NCBI GenBank assembly: GCA_002499865.1
Contig: DANL01000059.1
Location: forward strand, 5,460 to 69,459
Direction of reading: 5' to 3'
Length of the DNA: 64,000 nucleotides
DNA from: Euryarchaeota archaeon UBA121
Lineage (GTDB): Archaea > Thermoplasmatota > Poseidoniia > Poseidoniales > Thalassarchaeaceae
Below, in pieces: positions 18,801-27,238 of the stretch (position 1 is its first letter; every line of letters begins with the position of its first letter). A program made the translations under genes and the position numbers. The notes beneath the pieces were generated by a model, which had not been told where the DNA came from, searched no databases, and was given only the letters and a program-made list of their open reading frames with translations.

Positions 18801-21123
18801 TTCTTCAAGTCTTTCCGATCCTCTAGACTGCCTCAGACTGAAGCTACTGGACATGCTTGGTTCGGAAGGCCCACAGACTCTTGATCAACTCAGTGATAGG
18901 CTACCTTTCCCCGTGGCACAAGTAGAGTCAGTCCTACAAGAGCTAGAGATGAGGAACTTGGTATCAATAGGCTTCTTCACCCAAACAGAAGAAGGGGAGT
19001 TTATCCTCAGAGTAGACGAATATCGGATTACTGGAGGAAGCGTAGAGGTAGTGGATTATCGCACCCTTCAGACACTTCTCCTACAGAAATCCTTCACGGA
19101 GTTTTCTGAGCCCTCTGAAGCGATAAAATCGCTAGCGTTGATTCAGAGAAGGGACGAGCTACTTCATAGGGTCAAGAATTTCAGATTCAGAGACTGGAAA
19201 GACTTCAAACACGATTCTGACGTTTACAACGGAAGACTATTGCACAATAGGGTAGGATACACAACTCTAGATCAGATACCTATGCTTCTGGGGCTTCGAT
19301 CGGATCCTTGGCTGGGCTCTTTAGAAGAAGAAATACTCGAGAAAATCCCTGAAGACGGAATCACAAGAACAGAACTTCTTTCTGAGTACCCCCGAGGTAA
19401 GGAAAATCAACATATTCAGAAAAGCATCAAGAGGGCCATATCTAACCTAGAGCGACAACTGGTTGTTGCTAAGCAATATCTAGACGTCCCCAATAGAAAG
19501 AGATCAATAGCACTATTTAGGAGAATTCATGGTGTTGTCGAGCCACTTGACTTTCCCAAAGCACTAGCTCAATTGATATCAAAGATAGGGCCAGTAAGAT
19601 TGCATACACTGAGGTTTTTCGTCAGCAGGCCTGTTGAAGAGCTCGCTGAAGTCCTTAGGGAACTAGAAAACGAGGGTACGATTTGCAGAGTGGTCGCATT
19701 ACAACCCGATCCCACAGACTATTACTCATCCCATGAGGATGCTGAGAAGCTACTCTCGCCATTAGCTGAAGATAGAAAGATGAGAATTTTAGCACAGTCG
19801 GACCCGTTCTGTAGTCGCTTCATACAAGAAGTAAGGATGATACTGAAGCAAGGTTGGTACCATCCGGTTTTCAAAGGCGTGGACCCGATAGGCAGGATAT
19901 TGATGTTCGTGGTTAACGACTATCTGGAGATTAAGGACGTGAATATCCCACATTCTTACCTGGACGAATTCAAGGACACATTCAACGAGCTACTGGAAAA
20001 CTATCGTGACAGATTAGTGGATGTCTCTGTAATGCACTCTTTCAACGGGGTCCCAGTACATGACTGCGATGAAAATATCCAAGGTATACTCGCTGATCTT
20101 GGATTCGTCTCTATGGGGGACGGAGAGAGATACATACGTGGGGGAATCGTGGAACCGAGGCCAAGAAATGAGGTGAATAGGCTCCTTTTCCATACGCATA
20201 ATATTCATCAGATAAGCAGGTGGGAAAATGAAACCTATGCTCTGAAGGAGATTGATGAACTGAGAGACGACTTCGCACTCAGGGGACGTTGTGAAATGTT
20301 CAGAGTTGATCTACAATCAATGGCCGCAACTGAGCAACTTCACCAAGGTACCAATCTCAGGGGCCATCAAGTTTGGGCCAGACTTCCTCACTTCCAGAGA
20401 TTACTAGCAATTAGAAACGCACCTCCTAATGATGATGATTTCGGTGTCTTAGATTTCTTCAGGAATCATAACGATCCCTCGGTTTTCATGGAGAGGCTAG
20501 CCATGCGTAGGGCCGAATTTAGGAAGCTTATCTCCCCCCTAGTGAGAAGTGGGCACCTAGTCCAAGACTACAGAGGGGGATTCAAGACCGTAGAGTCACC
20601 GCAGAGTTCCGATCTATGGTCAATAAAAAGGAAGTATCTAAGAGAACTGGTTGAGGAGTACCCTGTTATTTCGATGAAGCAACTCGAGAGACTTGCAGGA
20701 ACCCCCTTCTCCCCTGAGGAGATTAGCGACGTACTTCATGAATTCGAAGAGGACGGAACTCTCATCAAAGGATTCCTAGTTGACGATCAGCATGATATCA
20801 GCTGGGGGAGGAAGGAGATTTTAGATTCAAAAGAGATTCCAAAAACTAGGGATTTGGTCATTCCACCATCAGACCCATTGATTCACTATTTTGGATCTAT
20901 TCTCAGGGAAAGATTCGGCTTCGGTTCGGCTTACTTAGTATTCCACAAGGAAGAGCCCATTGCAGCTTTCAAGGCCAATACAAGAAACTCGACAATAGAA
21001 GTTACAGACTTCGTAGGGGATTCCGATCTAGAGAAGGAGGCTCTCAGAGTCATGAAAGAATTCGCATGGGAACATCAAATGCCACTAACGGGTGAGCTTT
21101 ATGAGAAGTTAAGATCGAGATGA
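15823..21123 (+). CDS. lhr: Lhr-family large ATP-dependent helicase (SF2) with long C-terminal extension (bacterial full-length-Lhr-like)
   Basis: 'LLCSPTGSGKTLTAF', 'DEMH', 'SAT', 'QRIGRAGH' and the Lhr-type N-terminus 'VRNWFMDKFPDFTEPQKVAIPRI'. Total length is 1766 aa, about 850 aa beyond the Lhr core. The track start 15823 is a GTG; the ATG at 15835 is an alternative. Confidence 0.8.
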   Translation: MQQKMPEIEYVEDRMETEDLLERLCPPVRNWFMDKFPDFTEPQKVAIPRILKGEHLLLCSPTGSGKTLTAFLTIIDDLVRGSLDGTLPDSVQCVYISPIKALANDIEKNLLGPLGEIKERFLPSRAKEIKVGLRTGDTPQSEREKMLRKPPHILITTPESLGLGLASKRFRPILDQMKWLIIDEMHSLVPTKRGTHLSLSMALMDTVVSSDVQRIGISATMEPLDAVAEFLVASDSRETDAEPQKVAIAKISGDRELDLDIILPTPRFSSIPVKEILDHNVDRIKELAEAHTTTLVFVNTRNMTETVVQRLKIAGMEGVEGHHGSMDKAIRLDVESRLKNGLLRCVVSSSSLEMGIDIGSVDLVIQVGSPGSIATALQRIGRAGHQVGGLPRARFLPTSPHDLMELVALQMAILEGEMDLLKFPQNSLDVLAQFLIGLTIIKEWDIDDAYSLVTSSWPYKELPYDDYIEVLDMLDEERRVWLDWEDNRFGKRGFAQMIYYTNIGTIAPDNSYLVFTGDGTLVGQLSSSFVSSLRNGDVFLLGGSTYRVASVRGTRVNVTPATGYRPTIPSWTGEANSRTHELSQAVLRLLSQISVGARMATDYEPILTEALRLNRPVALALKQFLDEHVATTFQVPSNDRILIEQVDSPLPTYVVTTCRGRAFNLALGYLFAGIASKENIIIHELSFDENGFMAKLSHEVEISKIPEVFRNDTSEEILQRYMMDSQLFSKRFREVSSRSMLNPRRIGAEEVSPKQFQQKAEAIMTKHRQMDGSVIIREAMSEILNGDLDMEQLRNFISRMDTEDVRIVHRRVKMPSPLGMTLFMSAFEDLLSLRTRAYLIKDVDPEILRRLLGARSLATDLDKQMISEYYQSKVATPKNAIDLLRLMDMGGGLEQGLTNPLYNSKLSGIEIPVIRQWVHELAERELITKVRNTNHEQIDDKWFSIRMAGVHGTLGCLAVAGASEMEDLRALYTGGLTYEIAEDFTGGTPSKWASSSLSDPLDCLRLKLLDMLGSEGPQTLDQLSDRLPFPVAQVESVLQELEMRNLVSIGFFTQTEEGEFILRVDEYRITGGSVEVVDYRTLQTLLLQKSFTEFSEPSEAIKSLALIQRRDELLHRVKNFRFRDWKDFKHDSDVYNGRLLHNRVGYTTLDQIPMLLGLRSDPWLGSLEEEILEKIPEDGITRTELLSEYPRGKENQHIQKSIKRAISNLERQLVVAKQYLDVPNRKRSIALFRRIHGVVEPLDFPKALAQLISKIGPVRLHTLRFFVSRPVEELAEVLRELENEGTICRVVALQPDPTDYYSSHEDAEKLLSPLAEDRKMRILAQSDPFCSRFIQEVRMILKQGWYHPVFKGVDPIGRILMFVVNDYLEIKDVNIPHSYLDEFKDTFNELLENYRDRLVDVSVMHSFNGVPVHDCDENIQGILADLGFVSMGDGERYIRGGIVEPRPRNEVNRLLFHTHNIHQISRWENETYALKEIDELRDDFALRGRCEMFRVDLQSMAATEQLHQGTNLRGHQVWARLPHFQRLLAIRNAPPNDDDFGVLDFFRNHNDPSVFMERLAMRRAEFRKLISPLVRSGHLVQDYRGGFKTVESPQSSDLWSIKRKYLRELVEEYPVISMKQLERLAGTPFSPEEISDVLHEFEEDGTLIKGFLVDDQHDISWGRKEILDSKEIPKTRDLVIPPSDPLIHYFGSILRERFGFGSAYLVFHKEEPIAAFKANTRNSTIEVTDFVGDSDLEKEALRVMKEFAWEHQMPLTGELYEKLRSR

Positions 21124-22101
21124 CTCGGCATTAGCTCTCGTGAAAATTTTGGTCACCGGTCTAGAGATTCTCAATATGTGGCGATGCAACTCTGGTAGAA
21201 GATCAAAAAGAGCAGTGGCCAATAGGAACATAGCGAACAGACTGGCCACCTTTGCTGCATAACTATGTGTGAAATCAAACATATCAATGTCAGATCCAGG
21301 AAACAGCCTCCAGCCATTGTAAGTATCACTTAGCCATACAATTCCCGCATTTCTGAATACATTGAGTACGTGTATCGTGGGCAATGCGATCAGTAAACCC
21401 CTCGTCTTGCGCTTCCAGGAAACGCCCCTTAGAGCTACAATAGCACCTACAAAGATAATCATCGACTGTAAAGCCGAGCAGGCCAGTATGAAACTAACAC
21501 TAACCGGAGTTCCGTCAGAATAGTTGAAAGGAGCGAAAAATCCTTTGTCACCAAGTGGTTCAGTTAGAAAATATCTGCTGCCCTCCCATTGAGAAGCGGC
21601 TACCACTCCACTGGGAAGGTCCACCATAATTTCTCCAACCTCGAAAGACCCCAATCCACAGAATTCTAACAGCCACTCTGTACTATGTGCAGTCATCTCA
21701 ACGAATTGCATATTCAGAATAGGTATGCTATATACGGCATAATATGGAATCACAGACCAAGCCACTGCTCCTCTGAGCCATATTAGAGACTCATTTTGGA
21801 GCTCCCAGTTCCTAACCTCCCAAATCCCTAGGGCGATACCAGCTGGAAGCGCTCCAGCAGTCATCAGAACAAGCAAGGGATCTTCAATCTCTATGAAATG
21901 TCCAGATTGCATATAGAAAAAGAGGCCAAGCAACGACCAGCCAACAGCTGCAGAGTACGCGGCCATGGAAGAATCTCCACGATGAAAAGAGAATCCCAGA
22001 GATAGTGCACCAAACCAGCAAAATGACAGCCAAAGAGAGAATTCTGGCACCCCAATTGCACCCGCGAGACCATCCACCAAGACGACGATTGGGTCTTCCA
22101 T
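21109..22101 (-). CDS. artA: Archaeosortase A candidate (exosortase/archaeosortase family transpeptidase)
   Basis: Polytopic membrane protein with 'ILACSALQSM' (Cys in the ACSG-like active-site motif) and downstream 'NVFRNAGIV' (conserved Arg/Asn). It co-occurs with a PGF-CTERM substrate in this window. Confidence 0.6.
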   Translation of the reverse strand: MEDPIVVLVDGLAGAIGVPEFSLWLSFCWFGALSLGFSFHRGDSSMAAYSAAVGWSLLGLFFYMQSGHFIEIEDPLLVLMTAGALPAGIALGIWEVRNWELQNESLIWLRGAVAWSVIPYYAVYSIPILNMQFVEMTAHSTEWLLEFCGLGSFEVGEIMVDLPSGVVAASQWEGSRYFLTEPLGDKGFFAPFNYSDGTPVSVSFILACSALQSMIIFVGAIVALRGVSWKRKTRGLLIALPTIHVLNVFRNAGIVWLSDTYNGWRLFPGSDIDMFDFTHSYAAKVASLFAMFLLATALFDLLPELHRHILRISRPVTKIFTRANAESSRS

Positions 22102-22161
22102 GATGCTAACGAGCCATCAACCCGTAAATATGATGCCCCCAACCGATAGCCGGGTAAGCAC

Positions 22162-22731
22162 ATGGCTGACGACTTCACTGAGTTTGCTAACATCTACCTT
22201 GGCGACCTCAAAAGTACGCTCGATAATCTACCAACAACAGAAATTTCGAATCTATATTCGATGGTACTTGAAGCCTGTGAGCAAGGAGCTACTGTCCACT
22301 TCATAGGAAACGGCGGGAGCGCGGCTACTCCATCTCACAGTGCTGGAGATTGGTCAAAGGAACTCGGTCTGAAAACCATAGCTCACTCTGATAATACATC
22401 TTCTTTTTCAGCATGGGCGAATGATGAAGGTTACTCCCAAGTATTCGTTGGTCAACTTTCCACATTTGCCGATAACGGTGATCTACTAATCGCTTACTCT
22501 GGTTCTGGGAACTCAGAGAATGTAATTAATGGCGTAAAATACGCTAATGAGATTGGATGTAAAACTGTTGCAATTACTGGAAACTATAATGGAATGGGAG
22601 GGGGAGAAATTGTTAATCTAGTAGATTTATCCATAGTAATCCCCAGTACTTCCATGGAAAGAATTGAGGATGTCCAACTGGTGATTAACCATATCATCAA
22701 AGAGGCAGTGAAATCGAACCGCGAGCAGTGA
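22162..22731 (+). CDS. gmhA: D-sedoheptulose-7-phosphate isomerase (SIS domain) GmhA
   Basis: 'TVHFIGNGGSAATPSHSAGDW', 'LIAYSGSGNSENVINGVKYANEIGCKTVAITG' and a C-terminal 'RIEDVQLVINHII' parallel E. coli GmhA. Confidence 0.8.
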   Translation: MADDFTEFANIYLGDLKSTLDNLPTTEISNLYSMVLEACEQGATVHFIGNGGSAATPSHSAGDWSKELGLKTIAHSDNTSSFSAWANDEGYSQVFVGQLSTFADNGDLLIAYSGSGNSENVINGVKYANEIGCKTVAITGNYNGMGGGEIVNLVDLSIVIPSTSMERIEDVQLVINHIIKEAVKSNREQ

Positions 22732-22735
22732 TCAC

Positions 22736-23380
22736 ATGTTCCCGCCGATGAGGGACAGAGAAAGTCTGTACTCTCCACTAGAATTAGAGCCTCTCCCATT
22801 CGAAGGTGAATGGCAAGGAAAGATAGCATATCTGGACAGGGATGGAGTAATTATTAGGGGGTTCGAAGATTATGTTAATTCTCCTGATGAGGTAGAGATC
22901 CTTGCCGGGGCCCCCAAGGCCATCGGAGACTTGAGAAGAGAAGGGTTTAGGATATGCATTGTTACTAACCAATCTCCTGTTGGGAGAGGAATTTGGAGTA
23001 GAGAAAATCTAGCTAACATACACGATAGAGTTCGTTCAGAGATTATTTCAGCAGACCGTGATGCGATTCTTGATTTGACACTACACAGCCCTTATGCTCC
23101 TTGGCATAATTCGTGGGCGAGAAAACCCAATCCTGGCATGCTAGAAGCAGGCAGGCAGATCATTGATGCCGCAGAGTCAAAAATATTACTTTCCGAAGGC
23201 GACATAAAATTTGGCGATGAATGGAAAAACCGACCCTCAGAGGCAACATCCGTAATGGTAGGTGACAGAAATGTGGATATGGAGGCTGCAAAATCATTTG
23301 GAGTCAGGTCATTCAAATGTGATCCAGACAAGGGATTGAAAGAAGTCATCTCAGAAATATTGGTGAGGGAAAATGAGTAA
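22736..23380 (+). CDS. gmhB: D,D-heptose 1,7-bisphosphate phosphatase GmhB (HAD superfamily)
   Basis: 'AYLDRDGVI' (DxDGV HAD motif I), 'CIVTNQSPVGRG', 'ARKPNPGMLEAGRQ', 'MVGDRNVDMEAA'. Confidence 0.75.
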   Translation: MFPPMRDRESLYSPLELEPLPFEGEWQGKIAYLDRDGVIIRGFEDYVNSPDEVEILAGAPKAIGDLRREGFRICIVTNQSPVGRGIWSRENLANIHDRVRSEIISADRDAILDLTLHSPYAPWHNSWARKPNPGMLEAGRQIIDAAESKILLSEGDIKFGDEWKNRPSEATSVMVGDRNVDMEAAKSFGVRSFKCDPDKGLKEVISEILVRENE

Positions 23381-24626
23381 AGAACTCATAACGGTTAGAG
23401 TCGGCCTAGATGATACCGATCATCCAGATTCCGGCTGTACTACCCATTCTTTCAACTCACTACTGTATGAACTATCCAGAATCAAAGGAGTAGATGTACT
23501 AGATAGGATGCTTATCCGACTTTGGCCTTATGCCACAAGGAGAACTAGGGGTAACGGCGCACTTTCGTCCCGACTATCGTTGCCTATTGCATCAAAAGAA
23601 CAGTTCTTGCAAACTTGCACTGATTGGTTTGACAAACTTCTACAAGATATTGCCGATATCCCTCGAGATCAAAATTCCCCATCTCCCGCTCTCTTGATTT
23701 CCTTTGGAAAGGTGCCTGAGAACTGGTATTGGGAAGCAGTCAGAGGGGAGGTCGGTCTTGAAGATAGGGAGGAAGAAGTAAACTCATCTGGAATAACAGT
23801 TCTATCTCATCCGGATAAATGGGGCATAATTGGAGCTAGCTCAGCAATATCTTGGAATCCTCCAAGTGACCACTCGTGGGAGCTAATTGCTTGGAGGAAA
23901 CCACATCTAGTAGGCACAAAAAGAATTGTTTCTAAGGATTCAGTGATGCAGTTATCCGAATTATTCGCGGACACATTCATGAATAGAGATCCCACTGCAG
24001 ACAAGGGAATTATTGCACCAAGGACGCCCTGTCCAGTACTTTATGGAATACGTGGCGCAAGTAAAGAAGCCGTAGAATCGGCACATATCTGGATGCAAGA
24101 TATTGGGACTAATGAGAAGTGTGACTTATGGGCATCTCACATGTCAAATCAACTATCGGATGATCACCTTTTAGGGCCATCATTTGGTACAGTAATATCC
24201 GATCCAAGAGTATCAAAAGGAGCACATGCAAGCCTAAGGGTGATCTCAGATGGTTCGGGAGAGACTTTGGTCGCTTTCAGTGAAGGGGGACCGGTAAACA
24301 GACTTCTACGACAACTCTCTCCGGGAGATTTGGTTTCCTGGATGGGACTGAGATCTCCAGACCAGGCCATCCATCTTGAAAAATTGAAGATTGTCTCGGC
24401 ATCTCCCAGAATTACTTCTCGGCCTAGATGTTGTGGAAAGGCCATGAGGAGCAAGGGTAAAAATCAAGATCTATCATGCGATAGGTGTAAGAGGAAAGCT
24501 CCGAAATATTGGCTTTCAGACGAATGGTCTCCCGATATTCCTATTGCCTTTGACGGCTGGACCCAGCCTCCGCCTTCCCAGAGAAGGCATCTTTCCATGC
24601 CATTGGAACTCGGTGTCCCTTCTTAG
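23373..24626 (+). CDS. tiaS: tRNA(Ile2) 2-agmatinylcytidine synthetase TiaS
   Basis: 'VRVGLDDTDHPDSGCTTHSFNSLLYEL...RLWPYATRRTRGNGALS' matches the TiaS N-terminal kinase-like domain (GIDDTDS..GCTTY...RLNPNxPxKTRGNGA). A C-terminal zinc ribbon 'CCGKAMRSKGKNQDLSCDRCKRK' is present, and ~417 aa matches TiaS size. Confidence 0.75.
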   Translation: MSKELITVRVGLDDTDHPDSGCTTHSFNSLLYELSRIKGVDVLDRMLIRLWPYATRRTRGNGALSSRLSLPIASKEQFLQTCTDWFDKLLQDIADIPRDQNSPSPALLISFGKVPENWYWEAVRGEVGLEDREEEVNSSGITVLSHPDKWGIIGASSAISWNPPSDHSWELIAWRKPHLVGTKRIVSKDSVMQLSELFADTFMNRDPTADKGIIAPRTPCPVLYGIRGASKEAVESAHIWMQDIGTNEKCDLWASHMSNQLSDDHLLGPSFGTVISDPRVSKGAHASLRVISDGSGETLVAFSEGGPVNRLLRQLSPGDLVSWMGLRSPDQAIHLEKLKIVSASPRITSRPRCCGKAMRSKGKNQDLSCDRCKRKAPKYWLSDEWSPDIPIAFDGWTQPPPSQRRHLSMPLELGVPS

Positions 24627-24660
24627 GTGATTATTTATCTGACATTATTGTCAGAAGGCC

Positions 24661-24861
24661 GTGGACACTGAATCAGTAATCCAGTTTGTCCTTGCATTAA
24701 CTGCAATTTTTCTGCTTTCTTTGCTAATCCGCAATTTCAAGTCGGGCAGAAAAATCGAGAAATCCCAATACTCAGGATTGGCTAGATCCCCAGAGGAACT
24801 ACTAAATCCATCGGCAGAGGCAATATCAGAAATGGAAGAACTAATCTCAAAGCTCAACTGA
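24661..24861 (+). CDS. Small hypothetical membrane protein (1 TM, 66 aa)
   Basis: 'VIQFVLALTAIFLLSLLI' TM helix plus an acidic tail. It fills an otherwise empty intergenic gap. Confidence 0.3.
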   Translation: MDTESVIQFVLALTAIFLLSLLIRNFKSGRKIEKSQYSGLARSPEELLNPSAEAISEMEELISKLN

Positions 24862-25438
24862 CTATTTTCTCTAGCCCCTTCTTAGTCATCCTGGCTAGAA
24901 TCACTACATCTTCGCCAGAAATAATCCTTATGCCATCCTTTTTTGGGTGCTTAAGAAGTAAAAATGTCGCATATGTACTCTCAATCTGCTTACCTCCACG
25001 AGTCATCCAACCACTGTCAGAAATTCCAGATGCGTCTTCGTATGATGACGAAGTTATGATTAGATTAGTCTTGTGAGCTATCGAAGACAGTTTCTTAGCA
25101 GCGGAGATGTCATCTTTCCTAGCTCTCCCATGATTTTCACACCAGTCATCTACAACCACAACATCATCTCTTCCGAAGTCTTCAGTACCCCTGAGAATTA
25201 AGTCTAAATTTCCTGCAAAGTCCGATGAGAAATTTAGAATTGAGATTCTCATTAGGCCCTGCTCATCAATATCGTGCAGAATTTCCCTAAATCTATCTGG
25301 ATCGGGCATTTTTCTGCAGGCCCATATTACTCTCCCCCGGTTCAATATTGTGTCTGAGACAATCCCCAGGCAAAGTGTGGTTTTTCCTGCTCCGGGCGAT
25401 GCCGAAATATGCACTGCCTCTCCTTCGAAGTCAATCAC
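24854..25438 (-). CDS. RecA-superfamily (KaiC/RadB-like) single-domain ATPase
   Basis: Walker A 'SASPGAGKTTLCLGIV' and Walker B-like 'VVVVDDW'. About 194 aa, the size of KaiC-like archaeal ATPases. Confidence 0.5.
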   Translation of the reverse strand: MIDFEGEAVHISASPGAGKTTLCLGIVSDTILNRGRVIWACRKMPDPDRFREILHDIDEQGLMRISILNFSSDFAGNLDLILRGTEDFGRDDVVVVDDWCENHGRARKDDISAAKKLSSIAHKTNLIITSSSYEDASGISDSGWMTRGGKQIESTYATFLLLKHPKKDGIRIISGEDVVILARMTKKGLEKIVS

Positions 25439-25533
25439 GAGTCACCGTATGTGACATAGTCAAAGAGGATTACTGAATCATTTTTCAGAGAAATATAATC
25501 AATCTCCTCACTCATCAGCTACACGGGAGAACC

Positions 25534-25821
25534 ATGAACGAGAGGATTCCGAGGCGCGAAGCGCCTGATTTTAGAGACTCCGAAGACGGACTAATCTCGT
25601 CAATAGTAGAAGACGGATTTCTGAACGTGGCTCTAGATGATGCAAATCAGTACGGACCCCATGCAATGATCATATTCCTTGGTTTGGCTTCAGTTCTAAC
25701 AGGCTCTATTTTGGGATTAGCTATGATCGATCCAATACTCTCGGCCGGAACCGTAATCCTAATAGTTGGTATCTTTCTAACCAAATATCTGATTGCAAAG
25801 TTTTCGTTCTTTGGGGGATAG
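25534..25821 (+). CDS. Small hypothetical 2-TM membrane protein
   Basis: 95 aa with two hydrophobic helices ('AMIIFLGLASVLTGSILGLAMI', 'VILIVGIFLTKYLIA'). Confidence 0.35.
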   Translation: MNERIPRREAPDFRDSEDGLISSIVEDGFLNVALDDANQYGPHAMIIFLGLASVLTGSILGLAMIDPILSAGTVILIVGIFLTKYLIAKFSFFGG

Positions 25822-25852
25822 TTGGTTTTTTGTCATCATTAAGTCCCAAAAT

Positions 25853-27214
25853 CTACATGAATCCACGTGCAATTGAAACTGCATTATCTACGATTTCACC
25901 AGAAACACCTAGGTGACTCTCAGGAGAGAATAGATAATTCAACTCATTTTCATCGAAGACAGAGCTAATCTGCTCATTCTCAGAACATACGGCCTTCAAA
26001 TGTCTTCCAGAGCTCAATGCCTCCATCGAGCAGCTCCTGAGAACCTCATGAGCCTCATCTCTGGGCATGTTGCCGTCTACAAGTGCTAACATGACCTTCT
26101 CAGCCATCACTAGACCTTTCTGGGATTCTATGTTCTGCAACATCCGGTCTCTGTCGACTACCAGTCTAGACATCACCCTGTCACACTTCGCAATGATGTC
26201 ATCAAGCAAAATCATTGAATGCGAAAGCGTGAATCTCTCAGAAGATGAGTTTGCAAGATCTCTTTCGTGCCAAAGAAGTGCATTCTCGTAAGAAGGAATT
26301 ATCATCGATCTAACAATTCTTGCCAGCCCACACGCATTCTCCGCCGTAATGGGATTTCTTTTGTGAGCCATAGTGGAAGATCCAACCTGCTTTTCAACGT
26401 CAAACGCCTCTGCAACCTCTGCAATCTCACTTCTCTGGAGATTCCTGACCTCTTGTAGTATCTTTTCTACAGTTGTAGATACATTCGCCATCCACCCTAC
26501 CCATTCAATGTAGCGATCTCTCCCGACTACTTGCGTGGTGGCCACTGGAACTTCCAAACCTAACTCCCCAAGGATAAGCCTCTGCAACTCTAGTGCATTT
26601 TCTCCTTGTGCCGCTCCAGTACCAACTGCCCCCAGGAACTTACCAGCAATAATCCTCGATCTCATTGAGTTGAGTCTTTCTAGGTGCCTCCTAAACTCGT
26701 CTACCCATACCGCAACCTTGATTCCGAATGTTATTGGTACGGCGGCCTGCCCATGAGTTCTGCCGATCATAATCGTATCCCTCTCCCTCTCAGCTAAATC
26801 ACACAACGTCCTCATTAGTGATTTTAGTGAGTCTAATTGTAGATCTACACTGTCTTTTATCTGAAGGGCAACAGCGGAGTCAACTATGTCATTACTAGTG
26901 GCTCCCAGGTGTATGCACCAGCCCGCCTCCCCAGCAGCTTCGGCCATGGCCTTGGTAAGTGCCATGATGTCATGTTTCGTCTCCGCCTCTATTTCCTCCA
27001 CTCTATCTGCCGTGACTATTCCCGGGTCTGAAATATCTGCAACGATATCATAGTGCTCAGCACTAACTCTTCCCATCTTGCAATGGGCCCAGACAAGAGC
27101 TCTTTCCACCTCCAGCTGCCTAGAGTGACGCCCTTCTCTCGACCAAATTGCTTTGGCCTCTTCTCGTCCATATCTGTAGTCCAGAGGTGAAACCGACATT
27201 GTATCCTCAAACAT
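25853..27214 (-). CDS. purB: Adenylosuccinate lyase PurB
   Basis: 'SPLDYRYG', 'HLGATSNDIVDSA', 'GxxHxxQxAxPxTFG'-like 'GRTHGQAAVPITFG', 'SSTMAHKRNPITAEN'. The real start is probably the internal Met at 27199. Confidence 0.9.
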   Translation of the reverse strand: MFEDTMSVSPLDYRYGREEAKAIWSREGRHSRQLEVERALVWAHCKMGRVSAEHYDIVADISDPGIVTADRVEEIEAETKHDIMALTKAMAEAAGEAGWCIHLGATSNDIVDSAVALQIKDSVDLQLDSLKSLMRTLCDLAERERDTIMIGRTHGQAAVPITFGIKVAVWVDEFRRHLERLNSMRSRIIAGKFLGAVGTGAAQGENALELQRLILGELGLEVPVATTQVVGRDRYIEWVGWMANVSTTVEKILQEVRNLQRSEIAEVAEAFDVEKQVGSSTMAHKRNPITAENACGLARIVRSMIIPSYENALLWHERDLANSSSERFTLSHSMILLDDIIAKCDRVMSRLVVDRDRMLQNIESQKGLVMAEKVMLALVDGNMPRDEAHEVLRSCSMEALSSGRHLKAVCSENEQISSVFDENELNYLFSPESHLGVSGEIVDNAVSIARGFM

Positions 27215-27238
27215 GCGACCGGTACATCCGGTTTGAGC

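Noticed and set aside
15823-21123. Possibility that the extra length of Lhr is an intein
   Set aside because: The helicase motifs I-VI occur at normal spacing in the first ~450 aa. The additional length is entirely C-terminal, and no Cys/Ser...HN intein boundary blocks were seen.
22100-22306. 68-aa plus-strand ORF spanning the artA/gmhA intergenic region
   Set aside because: It overlaps the gmhA start in another frame and is Ser/Thr/Leu low-complexity. It is likely spurious.
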